From: Candidatus Caldarchaeales archaeon
Lineage (GTDB): Archaea; Thermoproteota; Nitrososphaeria_A; Caldarchaeales; Calditenuaceae
Reading direction: 5' to 3'
Assembly: GCA_032249095.1 (NCBI GenBank)
Contig: JAVVGN010000014.1
Span: forward strand, 1-32,000
Length of the DNA stretch: 32,000 nucleotides
Part shown: positions 24,230 through 32,000 of the stretch, piece by piece
Position numbering within the stretch: the stretch's first letter is position 1
How the letters are laid out: each line of letters begins with the position of its first letter
The notes under the pieces: generated by a model
Databases searched by the model: none
The model's input: the letters and a program-made list of their open reading frames with translations, nothing else
What the model was told of the DNA's origin: nothing
Program-made: the position numbers and the translations under genes

Positions 24230-25213
24230 ATGGGCTGGTATGCTGTCTCAGGGCGGCAGGTTGGCTGGGCAGCTGGTCTTCTCCTTTCCCAACCGCCAGA
24301 GCATTTTGTTTATCCTAACTACCCTGTTGGTGTTTGGTGGTTCCCCGTCGTACCATTTTTAAGGAATATCCGATTTCAGTTCCCAGCTGGTATCAATCCA
24401 GTTGGGGTGATCGGTTACGGCCATCCGCCTGGCACAATGGTTTCTCTTATTCCTTCGGTATCGTTCAGTTTGGAGTTTTATGTTCAGCAAGGGAACGTCC
24501 TCCCGTTTATTGACGCTGTTATCCAAAATGCTCTTTGGGAGGCATGGTATGAAGCTGGGCAAATGCCTGTTTACCTTCTTCCGATGCCGTTTACATTTTT
24601 ATTTACGGTTAGAGCGGCTGGGAACCCGACTGTCTTTCTGAGGCAGGTCGCCTGTCCGTATGCGTACATTTCTCGGTTGCGTGGCTATACGGGTGAAGAC
24701 GGTGCCTTGCACTTGCAGGTAGATTTCGTTGCGCCGATCCTGCAACTTCTGTCCAGCGACTTCGGGGGCGTTGTTTCTAACTACGACCCTGTTGCTCCGA
24801 TCCCGCTCATTCGAGAGATTGCTACGGCTGATTGGGGTGAGCGGCAGGTAATCAGTCTCTCTTGGGAAGTAACAAACCAATTGGAGTTCCTTCATGCGTC
24901 ATGGCGACAGTATCCGCAACTGGTTCCTTTTCTGCGGACACCTCCAAGGTTGATATATCGTGGCAGTCGTATAACGGTTAACCTTCAAATTCTTCACCCC
25001 TATTTCAGTTCGTCGATCATTAGTACCGATGCTTCGGCGCCCGTGTTTGATTTTGCGTTCCTTGTTAGGTCCCGAATCGGGGGTAATCCTAGTTGGAACC
25101 GGCTCCTCAAGTTTTATCAAAGTAGAATAACCTCGCTAAATATAGAGTATTCCGTTGATAATGCTGCCATCGAAAATGTAGAAGTCTTTGCAAGGTACCT
25201 TGGATGGGGATAG
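24230..25213 (+). CDS. putative virion structural protein, paralog B (327 aa)
   Basis: See paralog A. A further match is RIVTDFSIEINNDLREVY / RQVISLSWEVTNQLEFLH. It lies immediately upstream of terL. Confidence 0.7.
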   Translation: MGWYAVSGRQVGWAAGLLLSQPPEHFVYPNYPVGVWWFPVVPFLRNIRFQFPAGINPVGVIGYGHPPGTMVSLIPSVSFSLEFYVQQGNVLPFIDAVIQNALWEAWYEAGQMPVYLLPMPFTFLFTVRAAGNPTVFLRQVACPYAYISRLRGYTGEDGALHLQVDFVAPILQLLSSDFGGVVSNYDPVAPIPLIREIATADWGERQVISLSWEVTNQLEFLHASWRQYPQLVPFLRTPPRLIYRGSRITVNLQILHPYFSSSIISTDASAPVFDFAFLVRSRIGGNPSWNRLLKFYQSRITSLNIEYSVDNAAIENVEVFARYLGWG

Positions 25214-25220
25214 GTTTGGC

Positions 25221-27191
25221 ATGAGGAAAACGAAGACAGCGCCACTTAAGGGGCTTATCAAAACGAAGAAAGACTTGTTCAATTTTGCCAAGAATGCTTT
25301 TGGGTTGCGTTTCGCTCGGCATGCTGTGTGCGAGCATCACCAAGCGCCGCTTGATGCAGTGTGGGATATTTATAGCCAGCAAGTTCGCAATGCGATTATT
25401 ATTGGGTCTCGGATGAGCGGTAAGACGTCGCTTGTGGCTTTCCTTCAGGTTCTCTTTGCTTTGTCCTATGATAATTGCGAGAGTGTTTCCGTCGCTGCTC
25501 GGATAGACCAAGCGAAGCTTTGCTATGACTATGTTCGTCGGATGCTTTACCGTCATGAGATTTTTGCCAAGTATACGCCACCGCCGCAGTCCCCAAACCA
25601 CAGCAGCGAGCGGCTCATTTTGCATAACGGCTCGATTATCCGCATTTTGCCTGCGACGGAGAAGGGTTTGAACGCGCCGCACCCACACAAAGTTTTCTTT
25701 GACGAGGTGGATTTGATTGACTGGACTGTTTTGCAGCAGGGCTTGAGTATGGCTAAGGGAGACGAGCAAGCAGGGTTAATTGGTCAGCAGGTTTTTGCGT
25801 CCTCTTGGAAGAAGAGTTTCGGGCCGCTGGCTCGGCTAAGTAAAGCAATTCTTTCTGGTGGTGCTTTATCTGAGTCGGGGCACAATCTTATTGGTGGGAA
25901 AATTTATCGTTGGTGTGTTTTTGATGTAATGAAGAGGTGTCCTTCCTCGAAGGCATGTGAGGAATGCAAATTGATTAAGAAGACTCTTTCTACTGGGGAG
26001 GAAATTTCTTTTTATGATATTTGTCAGGGGCGGTGCCTTAAATCGGATGGTTTTTTGCCCCGCGAGGAGGCGTGGGAGCGGTTCGTCCAGATGGACGAGG
26101 CAGTGTTCAGAAGCGAATGGCTTTCTGATGAGCCGTCTCCCCTTTATGCGGTTTTCAATATTCCGCCGACATCTTATTTGCGTTCTTGGGATGCGATGCA
26201 GGTACAGGGTCGGATTATCGTTGGGGTGGATGTAGGGACATCGGCGCCGACAGTCTTTTTGCTTCTCCAAGTCCTGCCTTCGGGGATAGTCATCGTCTTT
26301 GATGAAATTCGCCGATATGGCACGAGTATTAAGGCAATTGTTGAAGAGGCGCATCGTATTCAGGCGAAATATAATCCAGAAGTTTTTGTCGTGGACCCAC
26401 GGTCTACGATGGTTGTTAGAGAGATGCAGGAGTCTCGGTTGCGGGCGCAACCTGCTCCTTTCCTTTTTGCCAACACTGCTGCTAGGATGCAAGAGAAAAT
26501 CAATCGTATACGCCTCGTTCAGAATGCTTTGGATGTTTCACCGTGGGGTTTCCCTCGCCTATTCTTTGTGAAGGAGCGATGCGAGCTCTTGTTAAAGGAA
26601 ATGAAAGATTACTCCTTTGAGACAGATATGGAGGGTAATCCGACGGATAAGTTACCTGACGGTAATGATGATGGCATAGATGCCCTCGCTTATGCCTTCT
26701 CTTACTTGGAGGTCAATGGGTTGTTACCGAGAGCTGTCCCCGCCGATGTTATTAGAAACGATTGGGAAGTTGTGCGTCAATACATCCTTCATGAAGAGGA
26801 AGTTGCGAAGGTGGCGGAAGTTTCTCAACCTTTGATCCGTTCCGAGGGGATACAGGATGAGGTTGTTCGCCGTATGCGGGCTTTAATAGCCGAGCAGATG
26901 CGTAATACCCAAACATTTGTTAACACTTACCTTCCGACGTCCGAGGCGATAGACGACCAAATTGCCCGAAAGCTCCACCAAATTAGCGAACTGCGCCAAT
27001 TGGTTCAAAACCCAGACTTGCCTGCGGAGGAGCGGGAACGGATTAGGCGTGTTTTGTGGGAGATGCAGGAGGACATGGAGAAGGCGTGGACGGCAATGGA
27101 ATTGCGGTCGGTGATGTCGGCATACGACAATTCCACAGGTAGTATACCCGTTTTCTTCTTGGATATACTCCTCAGGCCTGGTGATTGGTAG
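25221..27191 (+). CDS. terL: terminase large subunit
   Basis: Walker A GSRMSGKTS and Walker B KVFFDEVDL. RNaseH-like nuclease motifs IIVGVDVGTS and DGNDDGIDALAYA. ATG 25221 follows the stop of the preceding gene (25213); the ORF-track start at 25188 overlaps that gene. Confidence 0.85.
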   Translation: MRKTKTAPLKGLIKTKKDLFNFAKNAFGLRFARHAVCEHHQAPLDAVWDIYSQQVRNAIIIGSRMSGKTSLVAFLQVLFALSYDNCESVSVAARIDQAKLCYDYVRRMLYRHEIFAKYTPPPQSPNHSSERLILHNGSIIRILPATEKGLNAPHPHKVFFDEVDLIDWTVLQQGLSMAKGDEQAGLIGQQVFASSWKKSFGPLARLSKAILSGGALSESGHNLIGGKIYRWCVFDVMKRCPSSKACEECKLIKKTLSTGEEISFYDICQGRCLKSDGFLPREEAWERFVQMDEAVFRSEWLSDEPSPLYAVFNIPPTSYLRSWDAMQVQGRIIVGVDVGTSAPTVFLLLQVLPSGIVIVFDEIRRYGTSIKAIVEEAHRIQAKYNPEVFVVDPRSTMVVREMQESRLRAQPAPFLFANTAARMQEKINRIRLVQNALDVSPWGFPRLFFVKERCELLLKEMKDYSFETDMEGNPTDKLPDGNDDGIDALAYAFSYLEVNGLLPRAVPADVIRNDWEVVRQYILHEEEVAKVAEVSQPLIRSEGIQDEVVRRMRALIAEQMRNTQTFVNTYLPTSEAIDDQIARKLHQISELRQLVQNPDLPAEERERIRRVLWEMQEDMEKAWTAMELRSVMSAYDNSTGSIPVFFLDILLRPGDW

Positions 27192-27860
27192 TCAGATATT
27201 CTTGGTAAGGTTATCTTCGGTCAGCAGAAAGACTGTGCCGAGCCAATTGGCATAAGCCACCCTCGCTGCCCCAGTAATTTTTAAGGCGGAAGCGCTGCTT
27301 AAGCTTTGCTTCAGAAAGATTTTATTGTATGTTATAAGATAGGTAGCTTCGCCTGTATCCCATATAACGGTGGCTTTTGTTATTCCGTTTATTGTTTGTC
27401 CATCCCATCTAATATCCGTGTGTTTCACTGTAACTCGTTCTACAGAGGTATCGGTGTCTTTGGACATCTGCCAAGCCCGATAGGTTAGAAATGCCAGTGT
27501 GATGGGGAATGGGTGCCCCCATCTGAAATGGGGGATGAAGACTTTCCATTCATCGGGCTCGAATGCAGCTATCCGTTTTGCCCACTCCTGCGCTGCTGCG
27601 TGGTAGCGTCTCCAATTATTGGCGACACTATAAAAGTAAGGGTGGGAGAAAGAGATGCTTACCCCATAGTTGGTGTTATTCAGGTAAATGAGCAGGTGGG
27701 TGGGAGGAGGATTGGTTGAGGGCGGGTCTATTTCTTCGTTAAGGCACCGCAACAAGCACCGAATTGTTTCTACGTCGCAGCCTCCGGCCTGTCCGCATGA
27801 GTTGAGAAGGCAAAACAGGTCAAAGTTCTTAAGCTGCTTCTCCAGCTTCGTCCTCTTCAT
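27192..27860 (-). CDS. hypothetical protein (222 aa)
   Basis: Clean ORF. Its stop abuts the terL stop with no gap (TAGTCA). It has an N-terminal Cys cluster (CLLNSCGQAGGCDVETIRCLLRC). Confidence 0.6.
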   Translation of the reverse strand: MKRTKLEKQLKNFDLFCLLNSCGQAGGCDVETIRCLLRCLNEEIDPPSTNPPPTHLLIYLNNTNYGVSISFSHPYFYSVANNWRRYHAAAQEWAKRIAAFEPDEWKVFIPHFRWGHPFPITLAFLTYRAWQMSKDTDTSVERVTVKHTDIRWDGQTINGITKATVIWDTGEATYLITYNKIFLKQSLSSASALKITGAARVAYANWLGTVFLLTEDNLTKNI

Positions 27861-28731
27861 CTTTTTCTCTGCCCTCTTGATATTTTAGGAGGGCATCAAG
27901 GAGGCTGGAGATGGCGGCGCAAATCTCTTTCTTGGGATAGCGGCACGTTGCTAACATCGGTAGGCGCCGCTTCATGCAGCCAACAAGGTAGTAGAAGAAT
28001 TCCCATTGGTTAACAGATAAGGCTTCCAAGAGGTAGTCGATGAATTCACTATGATAGCGGCTATAGGCGTTAGCGGCGCGGATAGCGACATCCGTCAGCA
28101 CTCGCCGTTTTTCGTCTTCGGCGGCTTCTTCACGGAGTTTAAGTTCTTCTCGCAGGTCAACTTTTGGTTCTTTGCCTTTGTCCGTTTGAGTTGCCTGCTC
28201 CCGTGCTTTCTTTACGACTTCTGCGGGTCGCCCTGGTCGCTTCTCTTCAGGCTCTGCTGTTCCCTTCTTAGCCATTTCTTGTAGGAGTTGTTCCTGTCGT
28301 AGCAGGTTGAGTTTGTACCGTAGTTCTCTTACATTCCAGCCGTTGTACTCCGCTTGCTTGGCAACGCTAACGATGGTGTCCCAATCAAGGTAATCAGCGG
28401 CGTAGGCAAGGTGAATGTGGGCACTGAAAGACAGTGATGGAAACCGGTTTGTGACTTCTCCGAAGACTGTGGCTACCTTCTTAAACTGGGAAACTTGAGA
28501 GCGGTCGTAGTGAAGGGCGGAGACAAGCCCTTCCTCCAGCTGTGGCAGGAGCTTTGGATGATTCTGCTGGAAGTGGTAGATGACGTCCACGACTGCCCAG
28601 AGGGAGAGCTGGTATGCTGTTGACACGGAGTGAAGCAAGGTTAGGGCTTCTTCCGTTGTTTCAATCTGGGCGATTCGTTGGCGCAGCTTTACATAGTCGG
28701 TGTCTTCATAGATTGTTGGGCGGGCTGCCAT
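27829..28731 (-). CDS. hypothetical protein (300 aa), possibly DNA-binding
   Basis: The segment LSFSAHIHLAYAADYLDWDTIVSVAKQAEYNGWNVRELRYKL resembles the LSWSHY...WSVRELE motif of DUF1016/ParB-associated N-domains (from memory). Charged helical C-terminal half. Confidence 0.6.
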   Translation of the reverse strand: MAARPTIYEDTDYVKLRQRIAQIETTEEALTLLHSVSTAYQLSLWAVVDVIYHFQQNHPKLLPQLEEGLVSALHYDRSQVSQFKKVATVFGEVTNRFPSLSFSAHIHLAYAADYLDWDTIVSVAKQAEYNGWNVRELRYKLNLLRQEQLLQEMAKKGTAEPEEKRPGRPAEVVKKAREQATQTDKGKEPKVDLREELKLREEAAEDEKRRVLTDVAIRAANAYSRYHSEFIDYLLEALSVNQWEFFYYLVGCMKRRLPMLATCRYPKKEICAAISSLLDALLKYQEGREKDEEDEAGEAA

Positions 28732-28970
28732 CGTCGGTCGCTACCTCCTTTGTTGCGGTTTTTTAAAGCCTTCAGCCACCGCTCTAACTCCATCCACTGT
28801 ATTATATTCAAGTCCCTTCGTTTTTCAATGCCATACCGCAGTTTTGCCCATACGCGTGTCCAAAAGATATAGGCAGGCACCCCATTTATTTTTTCTTCAC
28901 CCCAGATCTCTTTAGCGAGGGCGTGGACGCGCCGGATGACCTTCGTTTTTGCCTTTTCTCCTTTTTGCAT
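28689..28970 (-). CDS. hypothetical protein (93 aa)
   Basis: ATG 28970 with GAAGGAG 10 nt upstream. It overlaps both neighbours: 85 nt with the nuclease ORF and 43 nt with the 300-aa ORF. Confidence 0.45.
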   Translation of the reverse strand: MQKGEKAKTKVIRRVHALAKEIWGEEKINGVPAYIFWTRVWAKLRYGIEKRRDLNIIQWMELERWLKALKNRNKGGSDRRWQPAQQSMKTPTM

Positions 28971-29464
28971 GTTTTCTCATCTCCTTCATCCCACCGATAG
29001 AGGGGTAGAAGGACTATCTTTTCTCCTTCCCAATCAATAAGTGTTATGTCATGCGTTGGGCTTATAGGCACTCGCGCCCGTAGCGTCAGCCCCTTTTTAG
29101 GGTTTTTCGTGAACCGGACTGTGACTTCCTTCTCAACCGCAAGGTGAGGAGGAGTATCTTCCTTTCTAAGGAGGATCATGGGCTTCTTTCCAAGGCGGGT
29201 TCGGAAGACAACGCATAGGGCGGGGCACATTGACCTCATTTCTGCCCTTCGGATAATTGTTTCCCATGTTTGCCTCGTCAAAAGGTACGGGTCTTTTGAG
29301 GTAAGTTTAACTTCCAGCAGGAATTCCTTCTCCCACCGTTTGACTGACCTAATATCGAGCGATGCTTGGAGAGCTCCTGAGGCGGGGGTAAGTATCCCGC
29401 CGACACGTCTCTTCACCCACCGTTCTGCCCTTGTTCCTTCCCTCTTTATGTCCTTAGAGGTCAT
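28886..29464 (-). CDS. PD-(D/E)xK nuclease, Hjc-like putative Holliday-junction resolvase
   Basis: The motif order GTRAERWV...SG...LDIRS...FLLEVKLTS matches the E...D...E-x-K layout of Hjc/RecB-type nucleases. ATG 29464 (AAAGGAG 7 nt upstream) is preferred over ATG 29494. The basic C-terminal tail overlaps the next gene. Confidence 0.55.
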   Translation of the reverse strand: MTSKDIKREGTRAERWVKRRVGGILTPASGALQASLDIRSVKRWEKEFLLEVKLTSKDPYLLTRQTWETIIRRAEMRSMCPALCVVFRTRLGKKPMILLRKEDTPPHLAVEKEVTVRFTKNPKKGLTLRARVPISPTHDITLIDWEGEKIVLLPLYRWDEGDEKTCKKEKRQKRRSSGASTPSLKRSGVKKK

Positions 29465-29885
29465 GTTGGCTCTCCTTTCTTTCCGAGACTGCATGATGAA
29501 GTATTTCGCAAATGCGCCGCACCAGCACTATATCTCTGGCTATTTCCCCCTTCAGCAAAGGGCCCCTTAGGCTTATCGGTAGAGCGTCTTTATTGCACCC
29601 CAGGTATTGGCAGATGGCTGCGATAGCGGCGCTCCAAGCCATTTGGGATGAAAGGACAAGGATGCCGTAGCATTGGTGGCTGTAGTTTGGGTCGCTACTT
29701 CTTTTGATGACAACACCGACAACCTTTCCGTTTAACCAGTCAGCCCAGACGGGGATTGCATTCCGATGACACTTGGCGATATCTCTAATCTTCCTCTTCG
29801 CTATCCCAGTCGCTATCCTCATCAATAGTTTCCGAAGGAACTGCCGTAATCTCTTCGTTAGCGTCTTCATCTTCTTCATCTTCAT
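29454..29885 (-). CDS. hypothetical protein (start uncertain: ATG 29885 or ATG 29822)
   Basis: ORF between the RecA-like gene and the nuclease. It overlaps the RecA-like 3' end by 38-101 nt depending on the start. No clear SD. Confidence 0.35.
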   Translation of the reverse strand: MKMKKMKTLTKRLRQFLRKLLMRIATGIAKRKIRDIAKCHRNAIPVWADWLNGKVVGVVIKRSSDPNYSHQCYGILVLSSQMAWSAAIAAICQYLGCNKDALPISLRGPLLKGEIARDIVLVRRICEILHHAVSERKESQHDL

Positions 29886-31110
29886 CCTCGTCCTTGTAGA
29901 TCTCTCTCCCCTTCGCTTGCACCGTCAAAAGTTGACTCATCCTTTCCTTGACTCGGCGAGCCGCCTCCCCAAGTAATAGTTGGCGTACCTTCTCGTTTTT
30001 GTAGGCGTCAAGGTAGCTGAATCGTATCACTTTTGTGTCATCTATGGGCAAGTAGAAAGCTGTTCCAATGCCAGGTTTTATTTCCTTATACAGCACTTCT
30101 GTGAGAACCCCATATGTGAGGATGTGATAGATATTATCGACATCGCCGGCTCGTAAGGACAGTTGAGGAATATCCACAATAGGATAGAAGAAGGAGATAT
30201 CAAGGTTGGGAGGGATGGCGGTGGGCGAGGCAAAGACTTGTGCCTTTTTGATTGTAATCCGAACCTTATGGTAAGTTCCCTTAGCTGCCAATACCTTCTC
30301 TTTTTCGTTCCCTTCATATTCCAGCGTTGTGACGAATGTCGGAGTAAATGTTTCGGGGGTGTGAAGTTGAATCGTTAGTCTGCTGAGGTGTTCCAGTGCG
30401 TAAAACTTGAACATTTTGAAGGGTGCACCCCGACCAGCTGCTCCAATATCTGCCCTCATATGCGTTGTGATGACCAAAGCAACATTCGCTTCTAAAAGCA
30501 GGTTCGGTAAACCAGCGAGAAAGATGGAGCCTGTCTTTGCGAATGCTCCGATGGGCGCGTCAGCGATTAACCCTTTGTCGCCTGTTGTGGCTTCTTCCCA
30601 CTTGGTTGGCAAGAGAGCCGAGAGACTGTCCAGAATAACGAGGTACTTCTTTCGTTCCTTATTCGTCTCCGCCAGCTCTATTATCAGGTTTTTGATGTCC
30701 GTCAAGCAATCTTCCAGCATGGAGTAATGTTCAATGAATAGTCTCTTGCCGACTAAATCCAGAGGGATCCCTACTGTTTGAAGACGTTGGGGGGTTGTTG
30801 AGCCTTCCGTATCGGCGTAGACGACCGTGCCCCCTTCCTGAAGGTGGGATGCTGCTAGGCGTAGACAGAAAAGGGTCTTGCCGCTACCTGGTAATCCACC
30901 TATAAGAGTGATATGCCCTACAGGAACTCCACCGATGATGCCGTCAAATGGTAGTATTCCTGTCGGAATGAAGTCAGTAACGGCTCCTATTTTGGAGGAG
31001 CGTTTAAGGATACTCCTAATAAGATTTGCTGCCCCGTCGTCTGCTTCGGGTATTGGGGTTACGTCAGGTTGAATTTGTGTTGGCGTGCGAGGTTTCCGTC
31101 CCATAGGCAT
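29785..31110 (-). CDS. RecA-superfamily ATPase (KaiC/RadA/RecA-like; recombinase or helicase-loader type)
   Basis: DGIIGGVPVGHITLIGGLPGSGKTLFCLRLAA (Walker A), VVYADTEGS and KYLVILDSLSALLP (Walker B). Highly acidic C-terminal tail DEDEDEEDEDA...DSDWDSEEED, as in RecA/SSB-type tails. Confidence 0.75.
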   Translation of the reverse strand: MPMGRKPRTPTQIQPDVTPIPEADDGAANLIRSILKRSSKIGAVTDFIPTGILPFDGIIGGVPVGHITLIGGLPGSGKTLFCLRLAASHLQEGGTVVYADTEGSTTPQRLQTVGIPLDLVGKRLFIEHYSMLEDCLTDIKNLIIELAETNKERKKYLVILDSLSALLPTKWEEATTGDKGLIADAPIGAFAKTGSIFLAGLPNLLLEANVALVITTHMRADIGAAGRGAPFKMFKFYALEHLSRLTIQLHTPETFTPTFVTTLEYEGNEKEKVLAAKGTYHKVRITIKKAQVFASPTAIPPNLDISFFYPIVDIPQLSLRAGDVDNIYHILTYGVLTEVLYKEIKPGIGTAFYLPIDDTKVIRFSYLDAYKNEKVRQLLLGEAARRVKERMSQLLTVQAKGREIYKDEDEDEEDEDANEEITAVPSETIDEDSDWDSEEED

Positions 31111-31128
31111 TGGGCATAGGAATGCCTA
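31104..31128 (-). promoter_or_regulatory. 8-bp inverted repeat (TAGGCATT / AATGCCTA, 9-nt loop) that includes the start codon of the RecA-like gene
   Basis: On the mRNA strand the sequence is TAGGCATT-cctatgccc-AATGCCTA, and the second arm contains ATG 31110-31108. There is no SD within 15 nt. Confidence 0.3.
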
Positions 31129-31174
31129 CGCCCTATCACCGTCCCTTCCTGATAGATTATCGTTGATGCCTTCC

Positions 31175-32000
31175 TCAGAATGGGAATTCTTCTAGGAGGT
31201 CACTTTCGCCAGTGAAGGTATCTTCGTCGTCTGGTTCGGGCGATTCGTCGTTAGGGATATCTTCTTCTGCTCTAAGCACTTGCATTGATTTCCAGAGCTC
31301 GCTTTGGAGCTTTTGCCTTAGGAGGTGGTACTGCGGTTGGGTTAGGTCGGTGATGCGTTGCCCCCGTTCAAGGAAGTTGCGGGCGATGTATCGGAAGGCT
31401 TCCCGCCTATCAACCGCCTCAGTAGGGGGAATACCATGTTCCCGCTTGTAAAGAGTGGATGCCAACTGGACTAGGTCATCCACCTCACGCTGGGTAATCC
31501 GTGCTTGTGTCCATTTGACGAAATCCGTCCACTCAGTTTCACCGAAGGAATGGGGGTCTTTTTGGATAATTTCCGAGTAGAGGAGGAGCCACTGGTTGAG
31601 AGTTTCGGGGGGTATAGACCCAAGTTGTTGTAGAACGGGGATCTTGCTGGAGGGCAGTTGTGTCGGTGTTTGAGTGCCGGGTTTTTCCACTGAAGGTTTC
31701 TTTTCAATAGCGCCTACTTCTTCTTCATCTTTGGAACGGCGCCCTAGCTCTTCTTTCGTGATGAAGCGGTAGGAGCCGTCTCGTTCCAAGATAGCGGCTT
31801 TACCCGTTTCTATTGCTTCGTTGATGAAGTTGAGAAGACAGTCGGTACCGTGATGGAGCAGGATGCAGTTAACGATGCAGTTGCGGATGGCTTTGTGAAG
31901 GGCAGCCGCTGTTCCGTGCAGTTTTCTTTCTTCCGATTCCGTTGATTGAACGATGAACCCATCCTGGCCACCGTAAGCTAGGGGAATATAATCGCGGTCT
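31175..32000 (-). CDS. hypothetical protein, 3' part (gene starts beyond the right edge)
   Basis: The minus frame is open from 31999 with no stop (DRDYIPLAYGGQDGFIVQSTESEERKLHGTAAALHKAIRNCIVNCILLHHGTDCLLNFINEAIETGKAAILERDGSY...). The ORF-track start at 31789 is only an internal TTG. Acidic C-terminus. Confidence 0.6.
   Translation of the reverse strand, partial: DRDYIPLAYGGQDGFIVQSTESEERKLHGTAAALHKAIRNCIVNCILLHHGTDCLLNFINEAIETGKAAILERDGSYRFITKEELGRRSKDEEEVGAIEKKPSVEKPGTQTPTQLPSSKIPVLQQLGSIPPETLNQWLLLYSEIIQKDPHSFGETEWTDFVKWTQARITQREVDDLVQLASTLYKREHGIPPTEAVDRREAFRYIARNFLERGQRITDLTQPQYHLLRQKLQSELWKSMQVLRAEEDIPNDESPEPDDEDTFTGESDLLEEFPF

Noticed and set aside
25107-26492. 220-aa and 208-aa minus-strand ORFs inside terL
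   Set aside because: The plus strand carries clear terminase Walker A/B and nuclease motifs. The minus translations are R/H/P/N-rich and antisense-like.

Overview
This window looks like a mosaic virus or prophage-type region of a bacterial genome, with about 10 strand switches in 32 kb. All calls come from motif reading of the supplied ORF translations and the raw sequence. No searches were run.

Confident calls:
- A LonA-type AAA+ protease.
- A DUF2201-type vWA protein.
- A trypsin-like serine protease.
- A GH108-type endolysin.
- A phosphodiester-glycosidase (NAGPA-like) protein.
- A tRNA with anticodon CAT.
- A class II-like ribonucleotide reductase carrying a 509-aa LAGLIDADG intein.
- A terminase large subunit.
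- A RecA-superfamily ATPase.
- A PD-(D/E)xK nuclease.
- A beta-class DNA methyltransferase.

Most other ORFs are orphans, and several are Cys-rich zinc-ribbon proteins.

Most interesting observations:
1. A tightly packed minus-strand cassette (14852 to 8358) joins a multi-Zn-ribbon protein, a vWA/pseudo-metallopeptidase, a complete Lon protease, a membrane-anchored trypsin-like protease and two small membrane proteins. It resembles vWA-MoxR type systems, but with Lon in place of MoxR.
2. A perfect 32-bp palindrome is present in two identical copies 12.3 kb apart.
3. Two genes (the methyltransferase and the vWA gene) are broken at A/T homopolymers.
4. The 5' end of the tRNA overlaps the last codons of the endolysin gene.
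5. Two tandem paralogous beta-rich proteins lie directly upstream of terL.
6. The RNR intein has a non-canonical penultimate residue.

No rRNA, CRISPR array, integrase or transposase was seen.
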